From Azolla caroliniana (lineage: Eukaryota > Plantae > Polypodiophyta): a stretch of DNA of 64,000 nt. Shown piece after piece: positions 1-13,488 of the stretch (the first letter of the stretch is position 1; each line of letters starts with the position of its first letter). The DNA is taken from NCBI GenBank assembly GCA_043228905.1, contig JBHGNT010000002.1, forward strand, positions 3,472,001 to 3,536,000, given 5' to 3'. Position numbers and translations under genes: made by a program. The notes under the pieces are model-generated. The model ran no database searches. It worked only from the letters and a program-made list of their open reading frames with translations, and was not told the DNA's origin.

Positions 1-1554
1 GCCTTTTATGCAGGTGGATAGCTCGACATCTCGGATGCATGGAGGTACAGGGATTGGGTTGAGCATAAGTAACTGCCTTGTGAACTTAATGGGTGGACAA
101 ATGGGATTCGACAGCATTGAGAATGTTGGTTCAACCTTCACATTCACAATTGTCCTACGAAGTGGTCACCTTGCATTAACCTCAATAGATGAAAAGAGTA
201 AAGTTTGCTCAAATGAAACTCTACCTATGAAGTTCAAAGGCATGAAAGCTCTGGTAGTTGATGGAAGGCCCCTAAGATCTGAAGTAACCAAACAACACTT
301 GCAAAGACTAGGAATCCGAGTGAGAACGATAACGGATTCCAAACTTGCTGTCAATATGCTATGCAACAGAAGCAATCTGAGGTCTGCATTTGTTGTGTAT
401 AGTAATTTGCATAGAATTGTTTCATAGATTCTACAGTTTGTTTGTGTTAGTTTTCTGCATAGGATTTTTTATGTAGTTGCTAAATCTGACGGTATGCGTT
501 TACTTGATTTGATGTAGCTCAATTGGAGACTTTCACATGGTTCTTGTAGACAAAGATGCTTGGGGAGTTTCCACAGGGTTGAATTTCCCTCTTGTTGTGC
601 AAGAAGAATCCGAGCAGAAGAAGCTCCGAATGGTGTTTCCGAGAAGAGGAAGGAGATATCCAAAGATGATTCTTATTGCGACCCACATGTCGAATGCCGA
701 GATTGAGAGGGCGAAGATAGTTGGTTATGTAGACACTGTTATAATGAAGCCATTGCGAGCGAGTATGATGGGGGCATGTCTCGAGCAAATCCTACTCTTG
801 GGTAGTAATGTCAAGACAGGTGGAGGTCTCGTTGAAAAAGCAACAAACTTGTGTCAGCTTTTGTCGGGGAGATTAATCCTGGTTGTCGATGATAATCGAA
901 TAAACCGTCTTGTAGCTGCTGGAGCATTGAAAAAATATGGTGCTGATGTTGAGTGTGCCGAGAGCGGAAAAGATGCCATTACAAAGCTTCATCCACCGCA
1001 TGCATTTGATGCTTGCTTCATGGACATTCAAATGCCGGAAATGGATGGGTTAGTTAAATGTTTTCTGAACAGTAACTAAATCAATACATACAAAGTTTGC
1101 CCCACTTGCAACTACCCAAGAGGGGGGGGGGGGGGGGACACAAATCCTTTGTCATGTAGGACAATTCCCTATTTGTCTTATGTATGGACAAGTTTAACTA
1201 GTCTTGTTGATATGAATTAAAGCCTGTAAATGAATCTACTGATTAATTAAACACTTAGGTTTACTAAATTTGGTTTTTAGGTTCGAAGCAACCCAAAAGA
1301 TCCGAGAGATGGAAGCAATGGCCAATAGTAGTGCACCTGAACATGAAGGCTGTTCCATGATGGGCAATACAAAGAATAAGAAGAAATGGCATGTGCCCAT
1401 ACTTGCAATGACGGCCGATGTTATTCAAGCTACTTACGATGAGTGTGTAAGATGTAAAATGGATGGCTTTGTGTCGAAGCCTTTCGAAGAAGAACAACTC
1501 TATAATGCTGTGAGGCAAGTCTTGAAGCCGAGGGGTAATTCTGAGCTTCAGTGA
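1..1554 (+). CDS. Cytokinin-receptor-type hybrid histidine kinase (AHK2/3/4-CRE1-like), 3' part: HATPase_c end, receiver-like domain and receiver domain
   Basis: Exons <1-381, 518-1048 and 1281-1554 join in frame across GT-AG introns. Motifs: QVDSSTSRMHGGTGIGLSIS (G2 box), ALVVDGRPLRSEVT (receiver-like), LVVDDNRINRLVAAGALKKYG, FMDIQMPEMDG|FEAT (phospho-Asp) and PILAMTADVIQATYDEC...MDGFVSKPF. The CHASE domain would lie upstream of the window. Confidence 0.92.
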
Positions 1555-2432
1555 ATAAGACAACAAAAAGGAAGTTTTGTTCGGTATAAAAGTTCGTGGA
1601 AGGTCTTGAAAGTGCAGTTCCCTTTGAGAAATGTACAAATGTATGTAGACATTATTATATGCACTCCACGATCTCCTATGAATTTGTCTACTCTGATCGA
1701 GTGCACATGATATATTACAAAGTGTTTCTTGCTGGTATCATTAATGGACGCTATTCTGCCATTATTTTAACCTTATGGCCACGTCCGAGAATGATACCAT
1801 CGATATTTCCCTATTAAGGAAAAAAGCTTTCTCATATCTGAGCATTCATTCAATACCAAAGTACCTGAAGTTGTGTGTCAGAGAGACACTGTGGTCCTCA
1901 TGAGTAGCAGTAGTAGCTGAGAACCATGATATATCTGATTTGTAAAGTTGTCCATTTCTTGACATTCTTACTGCAGCAAATACATATCTAATTTTGAGCA
2001 AAAAATGGGTAATGGAGCTTATAATACAATATTTATAGCACAACTATATATGTATATATACTGCACAAACTCAAGGGCATTTTATTACTAGGATTGGCAC
2101 TGTCATATTATATGCCCATTGAATTGTGTGCATTCTCTTTAAAGGTCAAGTCAATGGGGTTTGTCTCTAGGGTTTGTCAGCGTTCAGGGTCTGTCTTGTC
2201 TGTCTCTTGCCTGTGAAGATTTTAAGAAAAAGATGCCTGGGGAAAAACAGAGAATAAATGGGGCAGGTCATGGTGTCCTTAGTCAAATAAAAAGAAACAG
2301 TAATAATGAATGAATGAATGGGCTACTCATAGTCAGATTTCACATCAAAAGAATGAATGAATTTTCCATTTCAATTCCTCAGTAAAACATATTCCTCTCT
2401 GATCGGATGAAAAGAACAGGACCTACATGGCC

Positions 2433-2698
2433 TATACATACATATAGATACATACATGCAACATACATACATAACATACATACACACATACAGATACATG
2501 CATGCAACATACATACATAACATACATACACACATACAGATACATGCATGCAACATACATACATAACATACATACACACATACAGATACATACATGCAAC
2601 ATACATAGATACATACATATACATACACACATACAGATACATACACAACATACATAGATACATACACATACATACATAAATACATAACATACGTATAA
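2433..2698. repeat. Compound (CATA)n/(CA)n microsatellite-minisatellite
   Basis: Repeated catacatacataacatacatacacacatacagatacatgcatgcaa-type units; these generate the spurious M/Y/V/C ORFs. Confidence 0.9.
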
Positions 2699-3157
2699 CA
2701 GTTGGCACCGGTTTGGTTTGAACTGAACTGAACCGTGAAACTGCAGCTTACTGGTTTAAATGGTTTGATTCAGGTTCAGGTTTTTTTTAACGGTTTGGTT
2801 CGGTTTTTTTTGGTTTGAACAGTTAGAAACCGTGGTTTAATGTTTTCTTTTTCTTCTTCTTTAAGTTTTAAATTGTTTTTAAACAATCTTTTCATTTTCA
2901 AGCCTTATTCTCATATTTTAGGAAAATCTTTAAAATTTAAAAAAAATTTAAAAATGAAATATTTTTAATTTAAAAAATTTAAAAATTGAATTTGACCTAA
3001 GGTGAAAACCGAAACTGTGGTTTAAACAGTTTAGAATTGTTTTAATGTTCAGTTTAATGGTTTCATGGTTCGGTTCGGTTCGGTTCATGTTTCAAAAAAA
3101 TTTAACGGTTCGGTTTTGACACTCTCAAACAAAACCAAACCATTGCCAATTGTTACA
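2694..3157. mobile_element. MITE-like non-autonomous DNA element with (A)ACCG/CGGTT subterminal motifs
   Basis: Imperfect TIRs: tataacagttggcaccggtttggttt at the left end versus aaaccaaaccattgccaattgttaca at the right end. AT-rich core with many ggttcggtt motifs. No clean TSD seen. Confidence 0.6.
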
Positions 3158-3899
3158 CTATACACTTACCCATACGCATGCACATACACATACACATACA
3201 TTTTCACTCAACCTCGTTGATGGAAGTTTTGCATACATTTTCACTCAACCCGTACTTCATCATAGACAATGACTTTAGTTATATTTGTTTGGTGTCTATG
3301 ACTGTCACATTAAGTGTGGGGCAGGAAATTAAATGAAATTGTAGATGTGGTATGTCTATATCAAGAATCAAGATTACAACCCCTTCCATATGAGAAGATG
3401 ATCAAGTTGATGGAATAAAGATGACTAGCGTATGGTTATAATGTCTCACGGTGTCACAGATTCAGAAGAATGACCACTTCTCGACCAAACTAGATGTCCT
3501 CAAAGATTGCCTATGATGAGTGCGTGTGTATGAATGAATGCTTGCCTCAAGGTTTTCCATTGGCTTAGACTTCCTAGATATGGTTAAGAAAATAAAAAAC
3601 CATGTGTAATTTGCAACATCTATTGCTAATTTCAGTTTCTTCCACGCTTTAAAAGATAGAGAATGATAATGCGTATTCAATTATATTTTCTTATTTACAT
3701 GATCATCGTGGAGAAATGTTTGGAGATAAATAGTATTTGAAAGCTTGTATCATTAAGATAGATTTGAGTATGTAGGTATGTCCTTTTGTTTCGAAAGATA
3801 AAATCTTGTTTGAAGCTCATAGTATACATTTATATGGTCATCATGGGATAGAGAAGACCTTCAATAAGGTTTACTCTTGTTTTTGGTTTGGAATGAGTT

Positions 3900-6800
3900 A
3901 GATTTGTGATCTCATGAGGAAGCATCTTGAGTGTTACAAGTATTCAGAAATATATGAAGAAATTTGTTGTTTACCTATGCCCCATGGAGGTGACATATGG
4001 TGTTGCGCACAAATATCGGCCCTTGGTAACTTGAGATTGACCATAGTAAACATAGAAAAGTAAAAGTATCCTATAAATAATAATGGATAGATAGATCATT
4101 GGACTCTCAAGGTATTTTGCACATGAAATTGGTTATGGACATCCCCATGCTACTTTGTTAAAGAAATTCATAAATACTCAATGATGGAAATTTCTGTATC
4201 TCAATCCTCCTATTATGATTAGCTCTTGTCTTAATCATATTATGTATGAGATTATCAAACGATTAACTTCATATGGATATAACCAATTGGGGAATTTAAC
4301 TACCAATCCCAACATTGACAATCAACAAGTTAAAACATAACATGAGCATGCTCTTTTAGGACCTTAACAACCTCTAAATATATAAAATATGAATAGGAAT
4401 TTACCCCTTTTTTTAACCACGAACCTACTCGTCGCTCGAGGATATGATACAATCTTTTAATCATACATAAATTAGTGAAGATTTTCCATTTCTTTCTATT
4501 CAAGGAGATTGATTCAATCTCATATGTAGCTAAATTATTAAAGAGATACTTAAATTGCTTTATACTCCTAAAGGTCTAGATGGTATATTCTCCAAAAGCT
4601 TGTCCATTGGAGGAAATAGCCATTGGTTGTAGGCTATGTGAAGTTTGGCCAAAGGCTAAAGCACTAAAAGTTGTTGCCGCCAAACCTTTGCCTAGGAAAT
4701 TGAAGAAAAAGAGATGCCATGTGTTTTGTATAGATGATTTCAAAGTGAGAGTATTCATAATAAGTGGACAATTGTTTAAATATGGCTTAGAATACACCTA
4801 TTCAAAATGCATTTTAAGTTTTTGACCTCCCATTTTGTTAATTACCTCAAGCCACCATTTATATTTTTCATTAATATGGTACATAGTTGTGCTCCCATGT
4901 TAAATAATAATTGTGATTGTTGTTAGTTATGCATTGTGAGCTTCATCTCATTGGTTCTTGCTTTCAATCTATTCTTACATGATCTTTCTTTGAGGTATGA
5001 ATTATTTCAACCGTAACTCATTGATTTTGAGCAACAAGCTTAGCAAGAGTTGTTTGTCCTCCACTAACAATAGGGAACATAAATAAGTTTTGCATCCAAT
5101 GGGACACTAATATTCTCTGAAATCTTAAATGCATGATGATTGACTTAGATGAACGAAGTATTGGCATGAGCCATTCAAATTACAATTGTCAAAGTTTGCA
5201 ATGCATGTGGCACATGCAATAAATTTGGAAGTATATAGTTAGAGAGCCCTAAACTATAAATCAACACCCAAAGCAACTACCTCAGAAGATATTACGGTAA
5301 AGGCAATAGTCCTTGAACAATATACAAGGTTAGAGCTTGATGTTAAGTATCCATCCAATAACTCATCCCTCACGTTATTGTTTGGGCATACAAAAGAAAT
5401 TCTTTAGAGATGGAGGAAACGAGAGAAAGAAAGAAAGATATATTAACGTCTTCTAAGGCCAAAACCCTAAGATATATTAAAGAAAGAAAGAGAGAGAGAG
5501 AGAGAGAATGAGGTAAACATTGTAATAGGGCATAAAGGTAATATCTATAAACCTTTATGCCCTCCAAGCGCAAAAATACATATAAATCATGTAAGTAAAT
5601 AAAATTTATGAAGTTGAAACAAAAAAACCATTTGTAGAGGTGGGTTTTACATCGTAATCCCTAGAGGTAGATCATAAGACTTTCTCTATCTTTCACTAAT
5701 TACTTTCTTATCTAAAGCCTAGGACAAATAATTACACTTAGCTCAAACTTTGTACTTAATCGTGTGGACTAACGTAAGGTTAATCATGTTGGTGATTTTT
5801 TGTCTTTCCGTTGTTCAAAAGAAAAAATTATGGTGTATCTAGTTTATTTTTTCTACTAACAGAATGAAATGTAAGAACTATCGATAAGAATTTGCCTTGG
5901 TTGTAACTTATACCATTAGATGATTCTACTTTCGTTACAAGATAATGTTTTGATAACATCTCATACGTATAGTATTCTATGTCATGTATTATAACATCTT
6001 CTTATCGTTACACAACACTCTTAAGATACATGATTTCCAAATGGTGTGTATGCCCAATTTCTAATTGGCAATCATCCATGACACATGGTGCATTATATAT
6101 AGAGAGAAGGTATTTTCTTGTTAAAAATATTCTTATTCAACATTAGTATTTGACGTACCCTTGTAAATCTTGTTCTTAAATTTGTTTCTTCATTTATTCC
6201 TACTCCCTTTTCTGATTCTCTATTTCTTATCTTACCTCTCTCAAGCATAACACATATTTATATGTTACATGTAGAATTACCGTTTAATTCTTGAAATCCT
6301 TACACCGCACATCAACTTTGAGGTGGTTCTCAAAAAGATCACTCGAGTTAGAAGTAGTTTTTGGAAAGAACATTGAAAAATGCTACATCTCGTAGTTAGT
6401 TTGATTCTATGCTAAAATACCAAACCGAAAGGTAAGTATGATGTGCATATACATTACGCATTTTCTTGACTTAACCTTGTATCTAGCCTAAAATAAGTTG
6501 TGAAATTGATGCAAGTGATTGATAGGAATATTTATTGGATTGATGGGAAATATGTAGAAGTGTTGGAACAAGACACAAAACAATTTAGCTTATAGCATTG
6601 ACTTGGTCTTGAGTATCAATTGAGTGGTAATGTTGTTTACCTTTACAAGTAGTGTGCAATTAGTGTCATCGGTTTTAAGGGGTGTTGTACTTTAACAATC
6701 ACTCAAATATGCCCACTAGTAATCCTATAGTAAGCAATCCAATGAAGCAACAAGTAACAACATCATTGAGCCATTTGGTGAAATATTATTACAAGAAAAG

Positions 6801-8200
6801 ATCCCTATTTCTTCTAAATTAAATCACACCCCACATGAGGACGACGAACTAATACTGGACCAAACCGTAGCACGACAACACTATCCACATGTGATAAGTT
6901 ACCACAAGTTGTTGCACACATATCTTAGGTTACACTCTCTCATCTTTGCAACACCTCCAGGAGGAAAATGTTTCTAGTTGTGAGGATGACATTATCGAAA
7001 TCCCTCAATGAACCAAACTAACCAATAAAAACCCCTTTGAGTGATCAACCATCAATTAAAAAACGATAGTATCAAAGCACCTATGACAATAGAACTCATG
7101 ACCATGTTACACACAAAGAAAAACATAGGGTCACACATCATACCACTTAAACTACACATGAACCTCACAAAGGCATCACAAGCAACGAGAAACATAGCTC
7201 AACTCTTACATCCAATCGATCAAGCTCATCAACACCCACATGCACACCATATTATCGACGAGTTAACACAAGAAAAGATAGACTTACAAGCAAAGGTGTC
7301 TGCAACAAACTCTACGTACCAACGAGTCGTCGTCAAGCTTGCCACTTCCCCTTGGCAATGTGCAAAACTTCAAACACAAGTGGTGGAAATCCAAACAATA
7401 ATCGAGGAAGAGAAAGCAAGTCTCAAACGCATTGTCCAAACCCTAGCAAAAAAAGGTAGCTTGCATAATTACAGAGTGAATTGGGTCACCCATGACATGG
7501 TTGTATTGTGGCTTCAAGAATCCCTTGCCAACAAACAAGCTCACCATGCTAAAACATCAGTATCTCTACTAGTTTCTATACAAAATGTGAAAGTATTGGA
7601 GAAGATGATTAATAGTATGATCAATCGACAAGGAGTAGCTCTAGTACAAACAACAAGGGTAGGCCACTGCATCCTTACAATTTTGAGAAACCAAAAGGCC
7701 AAAATGAAATGCAAGATGATAAGGCAATTGGAATATCACTTGAATCACCTCCATGGTGGAGGATCTCCTAGTGGCACCTAGAACCCAACAAGTTATGTTA
7801 GATCAAGCGAGGCACAATTTGCTCAACCTTACCACGACACAAGGTGTTTTCTTCATATGACACACATGTTTACTTCACTTATTCAAGGTATTTTCTCAAC
7901 TAAAGAATGCTCCACCAAGATGTCACAATAAATGAGGATATGCACCTGATTTTGAAGACAATGTAACAATGAGCAACAAGAACCCTCATGTACGCAAACC
8001 TCCTCACACTCACCAACACACACTCACCAATCTATCCTTTATTTCATCTACCCACGCACTCAATTCACACTACCACTAGTCACCTCACCCACATCACCAA
8101 CACCTCCTACCTCACTTTTCAATCACCCACTTGCACACCTCCTACAAGAACTATTCTCACTCATGATCAATGTTCAATGCCTTGACACTACCTCCTACTT
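3900..8200. mobile_element. Heavily degenerated retrotransposon-like remnants, including a coiled-coil ORF at 7041-7781
   Basis: Fragmented, CpG-depleted coding-like sequence, with an LTR-like block (aaaccctaa, (GA)n) near 5400-5520. No intact domains recognised and boundaries are approximate. Confidence 0.3.
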
Positions 8201-9228
8201 TACATTCTCTAAAATCCCATCGAGGTTTCACCCTTCTTTGTTATTGACTTCCTCATTTAAGATGTACATTTGGTTCTATATTGGATTGAAGTGTGTATCC
8301 ACACAATGCAACATTAGAAACAATGAATGCCTACTTTGTACACCTTTGGAGGTTGGTTGGATAATTGGTTTCTCCTATTTGGAAATAGAGACACATTATC
8401 TAGAGGATTTTGTTTTTTCTCTTATTACCATTACAATATAGAATGGCATTATCTAATTTTGAAGAATTGTTTTGTCATTGGATGCTCAAGTAAATCTGAC
8501 ATTTTTTGTGCATAAGAGCTAAATCAATTGTTGTCCTGTAACCATATGCTTGAAAGGCAAACTCACGGGACAACATGAAATTCATTTTAGGCTAGTAAAT
8601 TGCTGGTAGATGCAGCTCATGCACAACCTATTTAACTCGCCAAAGATGCTTTATCTTGATGCAACAATGTCATAGAAACCATAATTATAAGTACCTTGCT
8701 TTCTTTACATGATACTATCAATAAGCAAGATGAAAAGTTGCGATAATTCATAGCGTTGGTCATTTCTTGGTATGTTAGTAATCATTGACAAATGAGTTTT
8801 TTACTTTATCAGGGCCCAAACCATCTACAAATATATTAGACCGATTAGGATCATCATAGGCTCCCCTCTGCCAAGGTATACTTGTGAAACCAAGCACACC
8901 AAATCTTGTGTGCATGGAATCAGCTTTCATCATGTTGACCCTTCAACTCATATGTAACAACCAATTCAATTCAAAACCTCGAAAAACATTTAACCCTATA
9001 AAACTCTAGTGTTATCTGCACTTCTCTTCTTCCAGGTTTTCCTTACCAAAACTAAAGACTAAATCCTCTGATTGCTTCTCCTCAATTACAATTCACCCCT
9101 TCCCAACTTGGTTCCTCAACATTCAACCCATCTTCCTAACTTGACTGACCGAACACCCTAGATTTAGATGCATGCACATGTGATGCTGGCTGCATTTTGA
9201 ATATTTTCGTGGTTCACAGTAACTGAGC

Positions 9229-10050
9229 GAGAAATCTAACTTGGTTCCCAACATATCAACTGATCATCCTAGCTTGACCAAACACTCTTGATTTATGTGC
9301 AGGCATATGTGTTGGCTACATTTTGCATATTCTCATGGTTCATGGCAATCTCATGGTGAGAAATCTAACTTGGTTCCACAACATATCAACTGATCATCCT
9401 AGCCTGACCAAACACTCTTGATTTATATGCAGTCATATGTGCTGGCTGCATTTTGCATATTTTCATGGTTCACACGGCAATTTCATGGCGAGAAATCTAA
9501 CTTGGTTCCCCAACATATCAACTGATCATCCTAGCCTGACCAAACACTCTTGATTTATATGCAGTCATATGTGCTTGCTGCATTTTGCATATTTTCATGG
9601 TTCACACGGCAATTTCATGGCGAGAAATCTAACTTGGTTCCCCAACATATCAACTGATCTTCCTAACTTGACCAAACACTCATGATTTCATGGCGAGAAA
9701 TCTAACTTGGTTCCCAACATATCAACTGATCATCCTAGCTTGACCAAACACTCTTGATTTCATGGCGAGAAATCTAACTTGGTTCCCAACATATCAACTG
9801 ATCATCCTAGCTTGACCAAACACTCTTGATTTCATGGCGAGAAATCTAACTTGGTTCCCAACATATCAACTGATCAATCCTAGCTTGACCAAACACTCTT
9901 GATTTCATGGCGAGAAATCTAACTTGGTTCCCAACATATCAACTGATCAATCCTAGCTTGACCAAAACACTCTTGATTTATATGCAGTCATATGTGCTGG
10001 CTGCATTTTGCATATTCTCATGGTTCACATGGCAATTTCATGGCGACAAA
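9229..10050. repeat. Minisatellite with two unit lengths (~130 bp and 72-73 bp)
   Basis: Core gagaaatctaacttggttcccaacatatcaactgatcatcctagcttgaccaaacactcttgattt starts at 9229, 9358, 9490, 9622, 9695, 9767, 9839 and 9912. Confidence 0.92.
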
Positions 10051-10897
10051 TCTACATTTCCATTATTATATGCACCTCTCGCTGCAGATAGAGATGATAC
10101 TTGAGATTTCAAAGACATCTAGAGATTTTTCGGAGACATTGAAAGAAGAAACAAAAGTTCATCTGTAGGCTCTTTGGACCAAAATATGGGTACTTCTGAT
10201 CATCTCTTCCTTTGTTAAAACGGTATGGAAGGCAAGAAAAGAGCTAGCTAGGATTTAACCTTTAATCACAGGGTCAAAGGGTTAGAATCAGATTACCAGT
10301 CACGATCATTTCAATGTTAAACTAACTGCATAGATTCAGAATGATACAGATAGGACAAATCTCGTCTGCACATTCAGTCAAGCGAGCATTGAAAGTCTAG
10401 ATATCAGAGAAAGATCAAGGCCTTTACAGTTAAAGATCGTTGATGAAATAAAGAGTGATCCGTTTTGAGCTTTCGACAGATCATAGTATGATTCATGCCC
10501 AATAAAAAGCTACAAAGTGTATTTTCTGAACGATTGGTTGGACATGAAAACAATCAACAGGAATAGTAGGAGATATGAATTCCAAACAAAAAATTAAAAC
10601 ATCTACCCACAATCAAACTTGAGCTTAAGGTTGGTGAGATATGGAAATTAGATTTAGCTGCAAAATTTAAATCATTTTGGCAGTCATATAATTACTCTAA
10701 AATGCTAAGAAAAATAGAAACAAAATTAAGATAGCAAGAAATAGCAGTGTACGTCTCTCTCTCTCTCTCTCTGCGTGTGTGGATATCTCTATCATTCCAT
10801 GTGTTTCTAAGGCACAATGACAAAGAAACAGATTCTCTTTCCCTTTTCTGTTTCATTGTTTCCTTCTCTTTCATTTTATCCTACTCTTTCCGCTCTT

Positions 10898-11209
10898 TCA
10901 CCTGCGCTTTGAACCGCAGAGCTCTTGGCAACATAGAGAAGACTCGTGGGCGCCGAAGCAGAGCCGAGAAACGAAGAGAGACTGAGACATAGCAGAGTGC
11001 AAAGGATGAAAATCCATCGCCATGGCCATTGCGATAGCTCCTCTGTTGGATTCGTTCAATCCATACTTAGGTACCACGTCTGGAACGAAAGCCTTCTTCG
11101 AGAAGCCTCTGGCGCCACTGTTATTGAAACAAGACGAGAAAGAAGAAGAAGAAGAAGACGTTGAAGATCTCATTCCTGCAGAGATGGAACGGAAGAGAAC
11201 CCTCGCCAT
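10898..11209 (-). CDS. Small organelle-targeted protein, NUCLEAR FUSION DEFECTIVE 6 (NFD6)-like
   Basis: R/S-rich presequence MARVLFRSISAGMRSSTSSSS. The C-terminal HPLHSAMSQSLFVSRL...CQELCGSKRR resembles the NFD6-family motif PLHSAxAxARLxSxL...SQELG..PR (recalled, not searched). A telo-box aaaccctaa lies at ~11220 and a (GAA)n leader upstream. Confidence 0.55.
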   Translation of the reverse strand: MARVLFRSISAGMRSSTSSSSSSFSSCFNNSGARGFSKKAFVPDVVPKYGLNESNRGAIAMAMAMDFHPLHSAMSQSLFVSRLCFGAHESSLCCQELCGSKRR

Positions 11210-11309
11210 CGCTACTCACAAACCCTAACAGGGGAAGACCTCTTTCTTCTTCTCCTTCTTCTTCTTCTTCTTCTTCTTCTTCTTCTTCTTCGAAATTTAC
11301 AGAATTAGC

Positions 11310-11865
11310 CCCTAAACCGGTCTAGGCTTACCAGTTCCTAAACCAATTAAGGCTAACCGGTTATGCCTAAACCAGTTTAGAATTTGGTTTAACCAAGCCG
11401 ATTAAAGCCTTAACCGGTTTGGAAACCGATTTGGCCCAAAACAGTTCAGTTCAGCTTGAGCCATCACCAAATCGAGTTCGAACCGATTAAGGAAGCTCAT
11501 GCTTAAACCAAACCAAATTGAACTGTTAAAATGGTCTAATGGTTCAATTTCAGGCTTGAACCGAGCCATTACCGATTCCTAGTTAGAGCCACAACATTGC
11601 CTTTAGGCGAGCAATCTTAAACCAGTTTAGAATTTGGTTTAACCAAGCCGATTAAAGCCTTAACCGGTTTGGAAACCGATTTGGCCCAAAATAGTTCGGT
11701 TTAGCTTGAGCCATCACGAAACCGAGTTCGAACCGATTAAGGAAGCTCATGCTTAAACCAAACCAAATTGAACTGTTAAAATGGTCTAATGGTTCAATTT
11801 CAGGCTTGAGCCGAGCCATTACCGATTCCTAGTTAGAGCCACAACATTGCCTTTAGGCGAGCAAT
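11310..11865. repeat. AACCG-rich MITE-like end carrying a 250-bp tandem duplication
   Basis: 11368-11617 and 11618-11865 are near-identical copies (taaaccagtttagaatttgg...ctttaggcgagcaat). Confidence 0.85.
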
Positions 11866-12919
11866 TCTAATTTTTATAGAGATGCTCATTATTTTTTGTC
11901 AAGCTAGGATTCTTTTCGATCTTTGGTATAATATATTATGTTAGGATTTCATTGTCGGTTACATTTCTCTTTGTTGTATTTGTCCATTCTCCTCTATGAA
12001 GACTAAAAATGGTTAGCCCTTCTATATTAACCCACCTTGGTTCCATTTTCTGTTTGCATTTTTGTAGTCATTGACCAGACAATATGACGAGAATATGAAT
12101 CACAATGATGTTCCTTTCAATTTATGGATGTACATGTAATAACGGCAAGTATCCAACAATACTTTGTTTGTAATTTACAACAACATGAAAAGATAGATTT
12201 TCATGCGCAATCTTCATGGCAATATCTATTGCATTCCTTGCACTAGTAATGTCCAAAGGCAAAATATGTCTTCAAATACATGACAGTAGGTCTTATGAGG
12301 CATTTCAAGATTTATGTAGTTGGAATGGCACCTTATCTCTACCAAACTCTGAATCAAACCCATGACTTCTACCTTGAGAGATGAGAAACCTTCCTAATGA
12401 GCTAGCTTAATCTCCTCGTCATTATAAATGCATTTCCCCTTATGTGTATATATGTCCATTCCTTCTCGTTAAATAGGTGTTCGAATAAGAATGCATGTGA
12501 TATCAATTTATCGCCACATAGCCTAGATGTGCTACGCGCAATATATGACGACCATATTGCTCGTTTGACTCACTATATATATAATATGGTGAGAATATGG
12601 TAAGAAATAAAGGAAAACCTAAGTTTTTCTTGAGTTTTTCTTCACAAAAATAGTACTTTCTAGCAACCTCAAGGGTTAATTTTGGTGTCAACTAGTAAAG
12701 AGCCAAAAGTGGGGAGAGAATGAAAACATAGGCATATTTGAAGAGGAACCATTTTCTTTGTATATTTGACTTAGTCCAGTGACGATTATCATCAATCTTA
12801 ATATCACGAGGTCACTTGCCCTAGGGGTGATAAGAAGCTATTGGGGTTAACATCGTAAGGGTCTTCGGTTCAAATCTAGACTTTGCACACATATTTGTAC
12901 AATTAAGACACCGTGCAAT

Positions 12920-13160
12920 CAATCTCCAATCTATCAAATGTACCGATTCATGGCTTCATCGCCAACATGTATCGAATCTATTGAATCTACTGATTCATGA
13001 CGTCTTTGCCAACATGTATTGAATCTATCATCGATTCCTGACTTGCAATCTCCAATCTATCGATTCATGACTTCATTGCCAACATGTATTGAATCTATCA
13101 TCGATTGGGGACTTCTTCGCCAACATGCATTGAATCTATCATCTAGTCCTGACTTCTTCC
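12920..13160. repeat. Degenerate short tandem repeat (gccaacatgtattgaatctatcatcgattc..gactt)
   Basis: About 4-5 imperfect copies upstream of the FAD synthetase gene. Confidence 0.7.
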
Positions 13161-13488
13161 TCAATGTGATGCAAAATTGAGGTCACAAGCCTCAAAGAGT
13201 CTCTCTCCGATTGACACATTCTGAACCCCATGATAATGGGCTCAAAGTGTCAGAAAACAAAAGAATTGATCCATCTAGGACTTGGGTCTAGCTAGGATTT
13301 GGGTCTCTGTCTGTCTCTGTTTGCCTGTCTGGTGTTTTCTGTGTGAACCATGGTATCCACCCATTGACAGAAGAAGGGATTTTGTAGTGGTGGGTTTGGG
13401 CCATGGATCCTCACTCTGTAGGTTCACTCAGAGTCTAGAAGTAGAAGTAGAAGTAGGAATAGTAATAGAAATTGAACCAGAAGTAACG

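Noticed and set aside
1122-1137. G16 run in the kinase intron (also C19 at 36629-36647) as a functional G-quadruplex
   Set aside because: Homopolymers are common and error-prone in assemblies, and there is no supporting context.
2371-2708. ORFs rich in M/Y/V/C
   Set aside because: Translations of the (TATG)n microsatellite.
7041-7781. 246-aa ORF as a host gene
   Set aside because: No ATG-led conserved domain, and it is embedded in decayed TE-like sequence.
9229-10050. CRISPR-like repeat-spacer array
   Set aside because: The intervening segments are repeats of one another rather than unique spacers, no cas genes are present, and the context is eukaryotic.
12800-12890. tRNA gene or SINE (ggttcaaatc B-box-like; a similar motif lies near 27548-27610)
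   Set aside because: No cloverleaf can be built. At most a decayed SINE, which cannot be supported.
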